Source of the DNA: an archaeon
GTDB lineage: Archaea > Iainarchaeota > Iainarchaeia > Iainarchaeales > CSSED10-239
Length of the DNA stretch: 13,007 bases
NCBI GenBank assembly: GCA_035390665.1
Contig: DAOOUC010000016.1
Location: 1 to 13,007, forward strand
Reading direction: 5' to 3'
Shown: in pieces, positions 1 to 7,288 of the stretch
Layout: every line of letters starts with the position of its first letter
Numbering within the stretch: the stretch's first letter is position 1
Program-made: the position numbers and the translations under genes
The notes under the pieces: generated by a model
Database searches by the model: none
Seen by the model: only the letters and a program-made list of their open reading frames with translations
What the model was told of the DNA's origin: nothing

Positions 1-2
1 GC

Positions 3-1019
3 GAGATTTATAGTTCTCCAATAGCAATAACACAAAGTTTAACATTAAAAGCAAAAGCATTTTTATATGGTTGGTCGCCAAGTGAAATCGCGACATATAA
101 TTATCAAGTGATGGTTGTAGAAGATCCTATTTCAACTTTGGTTTCTGGTTATTATTATTATGGAACAACATTAGAGTTATATACTCCAACAGTTGGCGCA
201 AGTATAAGATATACAACAAACGATAGTGAACCAACAGAGTCAAGTACCTTGTATTCTGGCCCAATAGCAATAATAAATGATTTCACATTAAAAGCCAAAG
301 CTTTCAAACAAGGTTATGCCCCAAGTCAAGTTTCAACTTATGTTTATGATACAGGTGCAGCTCCAGAAAATTTAATTGTTGGTTTTATATTTCAAGGAAT
401 AGATAGTAATGCAACAATAGATAATGATCAAAATCTAGTAAGTATAAGAATACCATACGGTATTAATAAAAATGGTTTAATTCCAATAATTGAAGTAGAA
501 GAAGGTTGTAGTGTAAATCCAGAAAGTGGTATTTCTCAAAATTTTAATAATCTCGTAACCTACACAGTAAGTTCAATAACAGGTCAAAGAGTTTATACTG
601 TAATAGTTACAAACAATCCACGAGTATTTGCTCCAGTAGCTAGTGTTTCAGGAGGCAATTATACAGAGCCAATAACTGTGGAGTTAACAACTCAAACACC
701 AGGTGCAATAATTAAGTATACAACAAATGGTTCTTTTCCAACATTGTCTAGTAATACATATAATGGTCCAATAACAATCAATTCAACAACAACGCTAAAA
801 GCAAAAACCTATCTTTATGTTGGTCCAGGAATATCTTCTAATAATTCAAGAGAACAAAGTTCTAAAAATATTCCAAATATTATTCCTGCTCCTTTAATAT
901 GGGTGAGCAGTAGTTTGTTAACAGAAGAATATATCTTTCCAAGAAAAACACCAAGTAAAAATAAGTACGAAACAATAACAAAAGAAAAAATAAATATTTC
1001 TACAGAAAAATCATATTGA
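3..1019 (+). CDS. Secreted/surface-type repeat protein, 5' truncated by the window edge, with CHB_HEX_C-like repeats and a DUF5018/cadherin-like beta domain
   Basis: Frame is open from base 3 upstream of the listed start at 108 (EIYSSPIAITQSLTLKAKAFLYGWSPSEIATYNYQVMVVED...). Three copies of the pattern 'GaxIxYTTNxSxPTxxSxxYxGPIxIxxxxTLKAKx(F/Y)' (the first partial). Stop at 1017-1019. Confidence 0.85.
   Translation, partial: EIYSSPIAITQSLTLKAKAFLYGWSPSEIATYNYQVMVVEDPISTLVSGYYYYGTTLELYTPTVGASIRYTTNDSEPTESSTLYSGPIAIINDFTLKAKAFKQGYAPSQVSTYVYDTGAAPENLIVGFIFQGIDSNATIDNDQNLVSIRIPYGINKNGLIPIIEVEEGCSVNPESGISQNFNNLVTYTVSSITGQRVYTVIVTNNPRVFAPVASVSGGNYTEPITVELTTQTPGAIIKYTTNGSFPTLSSNTYNGPITINSTTTLKAKTYLYVGPGISSNNSREQSSKNIPNIIPAPLIWVSSSLLTEEYIFPRKTPSKNKYETITKEKINISTEKSY
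141..350 (+). repeat. CHB_HEX_C-like protein repeat unit (second visible copy)
   Basis: VSGYYYYGTTLELYTPTVGASIRYTTNDSEPTESSTLYSGPIAIINDFTLKAKAFKQGYAPSQVSTYVYD; matches the partial copy at 3-107 and the copy near 630-830. Confidence 0.75.
630..830 (+). repeat. CHB_HEX_C-like protein repeat unit (third visible copy, C-terminally divergent)
   Basis: VASVSGGNYTEPITVELTTQTPGAIIKYTTNGSFPTLSSNTYNGPITINSTTTLKAKTYLY. Confidence 0.75.
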
Positions 1020-1077
1020 TTGTTTCTATTTATATTTATTTCTTTGCCTTAAATATATTATTAAAAAGTGAATAATT

Positions 1078-2013
1078 ATGAAATATACTAAAGATTTATT
1101 ATGGACAAAAGGAATGAGCGTTTCTGAACTTGTAGATGGTTATTCCTCTACAGGTTTTCAATCAGCAGAAGTTTCAAGAGCAGCAAACCTTATTGAAAAA
1201 ATGAAAAAAGAAGGAGCAAAGGTATATCTTTCGTTTACTTCTAATATGGTAACTTCTGGGTTACGTGGTTTCTTTGCACAAGTTTTAAAGCTAAAGATGG
1301 CAGATGTTGTGTGTACAACAGTTGGTGCAGTTGAAGAAGATATAATGAAAGCTACTGGCGAGAAGTTTATTCTTTCATCCTTTAAAGCAGACGATCAAGA
1401 GCTTTATGAAAGAGGAGAGAATAGAGTTGGTAATATTTTAATCACTAACGAAAGCTATGCTAAACTTGAAGGAAATATGCAAGGATATCTTCTTGAACTT
1501 TACAAGAAAAAAAAAGTGTGGGCAACTTGTGAACTTTTAAAAGAAATAGGATTAAAACTAAATGATGAAAACTCTTTTCTTTATCAAGCAGCAAAGAACA
1601 ATATTCCAGTTTTTTGTCCTGCAATAACAGATGGTTCTTTTGGTTTCCATCTTTATCTTTTTCAACAAGATCATAAGGATTTTATGATAGATATTATTTC
1701 TGACTTTAAACAAATAATTTTTTCTACAACACATGATGAAAAGAAAGGAATAATTGCTCTTGGTGGTGGAGTTTCTAAGCACCATGTTATTTTAACAACA
1801 CTAATCAATGGCGGAGCAGACTATGCTCTTTACATGACAACAGCATCATCAAGATCAGGTTCTCTTTCAGGAGCAACAACAGACGAAGCAAAATCCTGGG
1901 GTAAGATTAAAGACGAAGCAGATGCTGTTACTGTTGTTGGAGATGTAACGATTACTTTTCCTCTAGCAATGATAAAAGCTTTGGAAAACTTAAGTAAAGA
2001 AGGAATAATATAA
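1078..2013 (+). CDS. dys: Deoxyhypusine synthase
   Basis: 311 aa. Family motifs include FTSNMVTSGLRGF, the C-terminal SGATTDEAKSWGKIKDEADAVTVVGDVTITFPL (equivalent of SGARPDEAVSWGKI with the catalytic Lys), and ALGGGVSKHH. Confidence 0.93.
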   Translation: MKYTKDLLWTKGMSVSELVDGYSSTGFQSAEVSRAANLIEKMKKEGAKVYLSFTSNMVTSGLRGFFAQVLKLKMADVVCTTVGAVEEDIMKATGEKFILSSFKADDQELYERGENRVGNILITNESYAKLEGNMQGYLLELYKKKKVWATCELLKEIGLKLNDENSFLYQAAKNNIPVFCPAITDGSFGFHLYLFQQDHKDFMIDIISDFKQIIFSTTHDEKKGIIALGGGVSKHHVILTTLINGGADYALYMTTASSRSGSLSGATTDEAKSWGKIKDEADAVTVVGDVTITFPLAMIKALENLSKEGII

Positions 2014-2744
2014 TGGCTTTAAGATTATTTAAAAGAAGAATAGAAAAGAAAGAGTCTTCTAAACCTAAATCAAAACCAAAACCTAAGCAATCAAAGGTAT
2101 CCTCAAAACCAAGACAAGAAAACTTTCATAAAAGATACAAAGCTTTTTGTAGAAGACTTTTAAAAAACAAGATAGAAATTATTGGAAGAAACATAATTGA
2201 AGAAGAATCAAGTAAAGGTCCAATAATGATAATGAGTACACACAAACATCCTATAGAAACTTTAGTATATGATGCAATTGCTCCTAAAAAAGTATTCTTT
2301 TTGTCAGATATTGGGCAAGTTATTTCTTCTAATAAATATCTTAGATTTCAAGGTATTCCAGGAGTCAATAACATATTAAACTTATTTGGAACAATAGAAA
2401 TAAATAGAAAACAACCAGTAAAAGGATTAAGAAAAGCAATAGAAAAAAGTACAGATATATTAAAACAAGATGGGGTTCTTTGTATTTTTCCTAAAGGATA
2501 TAGAGGTGGATCAGAAGCACTAGATAGAAGTTTGGCAGAAAGCACAAGTAGAAGTAGTGGTATATATATTCTTCAAAAAGCAGAAGCTGAGATGAAAAGA
2601 AAGATTCCAATTATTTTTTCTAAAGTAGAGTATGATAAAACAACTAAAAAATATGTAGTAAAAATGGAAAAAGGATATCTTCCAGAAAATGCAGACAGAA
2701 AAAAATTAGCTCTAGAATATATAGATAGAATAGAAAGGTTATAA
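2013..2744 (+). CDS. PlsC-like 1-acyl-sn-glycerol-3-phosphate acyltransferase family protein (divergent motifs)
   Basis: 243 aa. Acyltransferase-like blocks STHKHPIE (HX4D equivalent), FGTIEINRKQ, FPKGYRGG (FPEGTR equivalent), KIPIIFSKVEYD. Start overlaps the dys stop (TAATG). Confidence 0.72.
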   Translation: MALRLFKRRIEKKESSKPKSKPKPKQSKVSSKPRQENFHKRYKAFCRRLLKNKIEIIGRNIIEEESSKGPIMIMSTHKHPIETLVYDAIAPKKVFFLSDIGQVISSNKYLRFQGIPGVNNILNLFGTIEINRKQPVKGLRKAIEKSTDILKQDGVLCIFPKGYRGGSEALDRSLAESTSRSSGIYILQKAEAEMKRKIPIIFSKVEYDKTTKKYVVKMEKGYLPENADRKKLALEYIDRIERL

Positions 2745-2820
2745 AAATTTTATTAGCAGAATTATGAAAAGTTAAAGAAATAAATCTAAGATAAATTAAA
2801 GAAAGAAAAAGAGAAATAAA

Positions 2821-3360
2821 ATGAAAAATAATTTAGAAATTGAAATAAAAGTTCTTGAAATTAATAAGAAAGAACTAGAGAAAAAACTTCAAAAGATTGG
2901 TGCCCAAAAGATTTTTTCAAATAAAAAGATTATTCAAGAAAATTATAATAATAAAGATTTAAAAAAAAGAAAAACGAGTCTGAGAATAAGACAACTTGAT
3001 AAAGAGATTTATGTAACTTATAAAGAATTTAAAGACACAAAACATAATGTAAAGAATTGTAAAGAAATTGAATTTCAAGTATCTTCTGATTTTAGAACAA
3101 TTCAAAATTTGTTTAAATTACTGGGATTAACTTGTTATCAAAAAATTGAAAAACAAAGAACTAGTTATACTCTTGGAAACATAACTTTTGATATAGATAC
3201 GATTACTAAGCCAGTTAAGATTCCAACATATTTTGAAATTGAGGCAAAAGACCATAAAACTATAGAAAAAACACTTCAATTGTTGGGCATTCCAAAGGGA
3301 AAAGTAAAGGCTTGGGGGACGAAACAATTATTAGATTATTATAAAAAGTTAAATTTATAG
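2821..3360 (+). CDS. CYTH domain protein (CyaB / class IV adenylate cyclase-like)
   Basis: 179 aa. N-terminal ExExK signature (NLEIEIKV), SLRIRQLDKEIYVTYKEF, internal FEIEAKD and GNITFDIDTI as expected for the triphosphate tunnel fold. Confidence 0.82.
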   Translation: MKNNLEIEIKVLEINKKELEKKLQKIGAQKIFSNKKIIQENYNNKDLKKRKTSLRIRQLDKEIYVTYKEFKDTKHNVKNCKEIEFQVSSDFRTIQNLFKLLGLTCYQKIEKQRTSYTLGNITFDIDTITKPVKIPTYFEIEAKDHKTIEKTLQLLGIPKGKVKAWGTKQLLDYYKKLNL

Positions 3361-3433
3361 TCTTAAAAAAACAAACATATATAAACATTTAATTTACTAA
3401 TAATATTAATTAAATTCATCTTGGGGAATATTA

Positions 3434-4591
3434 ATGAATATTAAAAAAAAAGCCCTTTCGCCAATAGTTGCAACAATTCTTCTAGTTGTTGTTTCTGTAA
3501 TTCTTGTTTCAATTATTCTGTCTTTTGGAAAAAGTTTTACAAATCAGGGACTAGATAAGACAAAAGACATAAAAGAATTATCTCAATCAGATGCAGAACA
3601 CTTTGTTTATCCTAAGACTTTTTCTGAAGGTGTAGTTCAATTTAATTATTCTCCCCCAAACAATAGTTTTGGAGAAGTTCAAATAACTAAATATAAAATA
3701 TTATATGATAATAATGAAACAGAAGAAATTGAATTAACTACTCCGTACACCTTAAGCACAGGAACAAATCTTTTAAATCTTGAAGATTTTTCTGATCAAA
3801 ATATACCAACAAAAAAATTTGCTCTAGTTCTAGAAACAGAAGAAAATGAATATATTACATTAAAAAACATTACCAATCCTGAACCATATGTTGAAGAATT
3901 ATCTACTGAAAAATTAATCACTTCATTTATTATTTCAGAAATTTCAGGAACAATTAATAATGATAATAATACAATTTCTTTATCAGTACCATATGGAACA
4001 AATGTAACTGCACTTACGCCAACAATAATAATTTCAGATGAAACAACCATAAGTCCAGAATCAGGAATTGCTCAAGATTTTACAAATCCCGTAATTTATA
4101 CAGTAACAGCAGAAGATCAAAGTACTAGAGTTTACACAGTTACAATAATTGTAGAAGAATTAGGTCTGCTTTATCTTTATAATGAAGGGACTGGAGAAGA
4201 TGATTGGCAAGATATGTCTGGGGGTAGTAGTACTAATACAAAAGAAACAGATCATCTAAAAATATATGGATCTGATATGGCTTGGGGTGGTTTTGTTACT
4301 GTTAATAAAATTGATTTGACAGATTATAATACTTTAAATATAGATTGGGAAGGAACAATTACATTATTTCCTGCTGTTGGTAATTATTTTGGATTAGGTA
4401 ATGCCCAAGACACAACAATAGAGATGGGGGAAGGTTATGATTATAATCAAATGTCATCTCAATTTAGTAGACAAATAAGTGTATTAGATATAAGCAATAA
4501 TAATGGTGAATTTTATATAAAAGTATTACAAGCATGGTATGATTTTGGAGGAACCGCAACTACAAAGATATATAAAATCTGGTTAGAATAA
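3434..4591 (+). CDS. Archaeal type IV pilin N-terminal domain protein with DUF5018-like beta domain and an unassigned C-terminal domain
   Basis: N-terminus MNIKKKALSPIVATILLVVVSVILVSIILSFG (class III/prepilin-like). SF(I)..I...IxLSVPYGTNVTALTPTIIISDETTISPESGIAQDFTNPVIYTVTAEDQSTRVYTVTI. GGGG ribosome-binding-like sequence upstream. Confidence 0.8.
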   Translation: MNIKKKALSPIVATILLVVVSVILVSIILSFGKSFTNQGLDKTKDIKELSQSDAEHFVYPKTFSEGVVQFNYSPPNNSFGEVQITKYKILYDNNETEEIELTTPYTLSTGTNLLNLEDFSDQNIPTKKFALVLETEENEYITLKNITNPEPYVEELSTEKLITSFIISEISGTINNDNNTISLSVPYGTNVTALTPTIIISDETTISPESGIAQDFTNPVIYTVTAEDQSTRVYTVTIIVEELGLLYLYNEGTGEDDWQDMSGGSSTNTKETDHLKIYGSDMAWGGFVTVNKIDLTDYNTLNIDWEGTITLFPAVGNYFGLGNAQDTTIEMGEGYDYNQMSSQFSRQISVLDISNNNGEFYIKVLQAWYDFGGTATTKIYKIWLE

Positions 4592-4592
4592 T

Positions 4593-6527
4593 TTAGTTTT
4601 CTCTTTTCTTTAGTTCTTTTATTTTATCTCTAAGCTTTATTGCTGTTTCAAAGTCAAGAGAATCTGATGCTTCGACCATTTGCTTTTCTAGTTCAATTAC
4701 TAGATTTGGTATCTCTGGCTTAGGGATATGCATTATGTCTTTAATCTCATCTATTTCTTTTTCTCTTATTGGTTTAATAATTGTTTTTGGAGTAATTCCA
4801 TATTGCATATTATATTCTAATTGAATCTTTCTTCTTCTTTCTGTTTCTTTAACTGCTCCTTTAATAGATTCAGTCATCTTGTCTGCATAGAGATGAACAT
4901 AAGATTCAGAGTTTCTTGCAGCTCTTCCAATAATTTGTATTAGACTTCTTTGATCTCTTAAGAAACCTTCTTTATCTCCATCAAGTATTCCAATAAAACT
5001 AACTTCTGGAATATCTATTCCTTCTCTTAAAAGATTAATACCGACTAGAACATCAAATTTACCAAGACGAAGCTCTCTAATGATTTCTGTTCTTTCAAGT
5101 GTGTTAATTTCAGAATGAAGATATCTTGTTTTAATTCCTTGACGAGAAAGATAATCTGCTAGTTCTTCTGCAAGTTTTTTTGTAAGAGCAGTAACTAAAC
5201 ATCTATTACCTTTAGCTATTGTTTTTCTAATATTAAATGTTAAATCTTCAATTTGGTTTTTAGAAGGTTTGATAAAGACTGGGGGATCAACTAAACCTGT
5301 TGGTCTAATAATCTGCTCAACTACTTGAGAAGATAACTTTGTTTCAAAGTCACTAGGAGTAGCAGACACAAAAATAACAGTGTCCATAAATGTTTCAAAC
5401 TCTTTAAACTTTAAAGGTCTGTTATCATAAGCAGAAGGAAGTCTAAAACCATACTCAACTAATGTTTTCTTTCTTGAATAATCTCCAGCATACATTCCAT
5501 GTAGTTGTGGTATTGTTTGATGACTTTCATCAATTACTAATAAGAAATCATCAGGGAAATAATCTAAAAGACAGAAAGGCCTTTCCCCTGGTTCTCTTTT
5601 ATCAAAATGTCTAGAGTAGTTTTCTATGCCATTACAATAACCTGTTTCTTCAATCATCTCTAAATCATATAATGTTCTTTGCTTTAATCTATGTCTTTCA
5701 AGTTCTTGTAATTCAGGAAGTCTATCTTCTAGTTCTTCTCTAATTGAATTAATTGCATCTTTTATAGAATCTTTTGAAACAACAAACTGTTTAGCAGGAT
5801 GTATAAAAAATTTATCCATATCATTTATTTTTATATTTGTGATTTTATCCATTTCTGTGATTCTGTCAATTGTTTCTCCAAATAATTCTATTCTTATGAA
5901 ATTTTGAGTATATCCTGGAGAGATATCAATAACATCTCCTTTTACTCTAAATCTTCCTGGTTCTAATTCTATATCATTTCTTTCAAATTGAAGATCAATT
6001 AATTGTCTTAAAAGTTCTGTTCTTTTTAGTTTTTGGTTTTTCTCTATTAAAAATCCTTTTTCTCTAAAAGTTTTTGGGTTACCAAGGCCATAGATACAAG
6101 AAACAGAAGCAACAACAATAACATCTTCTCTTGAGACTAGAGAAGTTGTTGCAGAAAGTCTCATCTGTTCAATCTTGTCATTTATTTTTGTGTTCTTTTC
6201 AATGTAAAGATCTTTCTGTGGAATGTAACTTTCAGGTTGATAATAATCATAATAAGAAACAAAATATTCTACTTTATTTTCAGGAAAGAAATCCTTTAAT
6301 TCGTTGTAAAGTTGTGCTGCTAAAGTCTTGTTATGGGCAAGCACCAAGGTTGGGCGATTGTAACTTGCAATAACATTTGCTATAGTAAAGCTTTTCCCTG
6401 AACCAGTAACACCAAGAAGAGTTTGAATCTTCTTGCCTCTTTTAGAAAGACCTGCTGATAGCTGCTTAATTGCATGAGGCTGATCCCCGTCTGGAGAAAA
6501 AGGAGCAACTAGCTTAAATTTGTTCAT
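4593..6527 (-). CDS. uvrB: Excinuclease ABC subunit B
   Basis: 644 aa. Walker A GVTGSGKSFT, YFVSYYDYYQPESYIP beta-hairpin region, LLVIDESHQT, LREGIDIPEVSFIGILDGDKEGFLR, QIIGRAARN, C-terminal UVR motif. Confidence 0.98.
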   Translation of the reverse strand: MNKFKLVAPFSPDGDQPHAIKQLSAGLSKRGKKIQTLLGVTGSGKSFTIANVIASYNRPTLVLAHNKTLAAQLYNELKDFFPENKVEYFVSYYDYYQPESYIPQKDLYIEKNTKINDKIEQMRLSATTSLVSREDVIVVASVSCIYGLGNPKTFREKGFLIEKNQKLKRTELLRQLIDLQFERNDIELEPGRFRVKGDVIDISPGYTQNFIRIELFGETIDRITEMDKITNIKINDMDKFFIHPAKQFVVSKDSIKDAINSIREELEDRLPELQELERHRLKQRTLYDLEMIEETGYCNGIENYSRHFDKREPGERPFCLLDYFPDDFLLVIDESHQTIPQLHGMYAGDYSRKKTLVEYGFRLPSAYDNRPLKFKEFETFMDTVIFVSATPSDFETKLSSQVVEQIIRPTGLVDPPVFIKPSKNQIEDLTFNIRKTIAKGNRCLVTALTKKLAEELADYLSRQGIKTRYLHSEINTLERTEIIRELRLGKFDVLVGINLLREGIDIPEVSFIGILDGDKEGFLRDQRSLIQIIGRAARNSESYVHLYADKMTESIKGAVKETERRRKIQLEYNMQYGITPKTIIKPIREKEIDEIKDIMHIPKPEIPNLVIELEKQMVEASDSLDFETAIKLRDKIKELKKREN

Positions 6528-6656
6528 AAAATATATAATTAAGTATAGTAATGTATTTTAATATATTTAAAAAAAAGATATACAAAAAGCATGAAATTTT
6601 GTAAAATTGAAAAAATCAGCACAATTTTTAACACAATTCCAAAAAATATAAAAGAC

Positions 6657-6690
6657 AGATTTAAATAGGTGTGAATATATAATTTACATA
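6657..6690 (+). promoter_or_regulatory. AT-rich promoter-like region upstream of hicBA, containing TATA-like elements
   Basis: AGATTTAAATAGGTGTGAATATATAATTTACATA in the intergenic region ahead of the HicB-like ORF. Called from composition and position only. Confidence 0.35.
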
Positions 6691-6737
6691 TATTTTTAAT
6701 GATTTACTAGTTTAATTACTATATGAAGGGCAAAAAA

Positions 6738-6947
6738 ATGTTAACTACATATAATATAATTATTGAGAAAGACAAAGAGGGGTGGTATATTGGTGAGGTA
6801 TTAGAATTACCTGGTTGTTATTCTCAAGCAAAAAGTATGGATGAACTAGTTAAGAGAACAAAAGAAGCAATTAAATGTCATTTACTTGAATCTAAAATAG
6901 AAATCCCATTATCTAATTTTGTAGGAATACAGCAATTAAAGGTGTAA
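6738..6947 (+). CDS. hicB: HicB-like antitoxin (type II TA); listed ORF starts at 6723
   Basis: MLTTYNIIIEKDKEGWYIGEVLELPGCYSQAKSMDELVKRTKEAIKCHL is the HicB partial RNase H-like fold signature. The internal ATG at 6738 is preceded by GAAGGG at suitable spacing. Confidence 0.82.
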   Translation: MLTTYNIIIEKDKEGWYIGEVLELPGCYSQAKSMDELVKRTKEAIKCHLLESKIEIPLSNFVGIQQLKV

Positions 6948-6953
6948 ACCCTT

Positions 6954-7187
6954 TTGAAAGAATTACCTTTGTTAACAGGAAAGAAATTAGGGAAGGTAAT
7001 TGTTAAACTAGATTATAAGTATGATCACACTTGTGGAAGTCATATGACCTTTACTAATTTTAAAGAAAACAAGAAGATAACAATTCCAAATCATGGTTCA
7101 GAACCAATAAGACCAGGTCTTCTTCTAAAGATAATAAAGAAAGATCTAGGTATAACAAAAGAAGAATTTTTAGAATTGTTAAAATAG
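6954..7187 (+). CDS. hicA: HicA-like mRNA interferase toxin (TTG start)
   Basis: 77 aa. LTGKKLGKVIVKLDYKYDHTCGSHMTF...ITIPNHGSEPIRPGLLLKIIKKDLGITKEEFLELL: GSH motif and IPNHG motif. Starts 7 bp after the hicB stop, with AAAGGTG just upstream. Confidence 0.87.
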   Translation: MKELPLLTGKKLGKVIVKLDYKYDHTCGSHMTFTNFKENKKITIPNHGSEPIRPGLLLKIIKKDLGITKEEFLELLK

Positions 7188-7206
7188 TAAGATTTAAGAG
7201 TTTTAT

Positions 7207-7222
7207 ATTATAAATTTATAAT
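7207..7222. terminator. Perfect 16-bp palindrome followed by a T-rich stretch, in the hicA/tspO convergent gap
   Basis: ATTATAAATTTATAAT followed by TTTTTATTTTG. Stem would be entirely A/T, so only weakly stable. Confidence 0.3.
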
Positions 7223-7288
7223 TTTTATTTTGTATATAACTCTTTTTAAAGTTAATTTCAGTTTTTGTAAGAAATAAAAAAATGAATT

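Noticed and set aside
3-830. Periodic repeats at the left edge considered as a CRISPR or DNA satellite array
   Set aside because: Periodicity is at protein level, degenerate in DNA and within an open reading frame; there are no short identical DNA repeats with unique spacers.
820-1019. Possible frameshift explaining the abrupt change after the third repeat
   Set aside because: Neither alternative frame after about 820 restores the expected repeat ending (YGYxPSxxxTYxY); both run into stops, so a natural divergent tail is simpler.
1558-1785. 75-aa - strand ORF inside dys
   Set aside because: Antisense shadow of the well-supported deoxyhypusine synthase.
2348-2545. 65-aa - strand ORF inside the acyltransferase gene
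   Set aside because: Antisense shadow ORF with no supporting signals.
3127-3327. 66-aa - strand ORF inside the CYTH gene
   Set aside because: Antisense shadow ORF in AT-rich sequence.
3796-4050. 84-aa - strand ORF opposite the pilin-like gene
   Set aside because: Hydrophobic-looking but antisense to a clear beta-domain coding region.
6131-6373. 80-aa + strand ORF opposite uvrB
   Set aside because: Lies entirely antisense within a certain uvrB coding region; no recognisable features and no ribosome-binding context.
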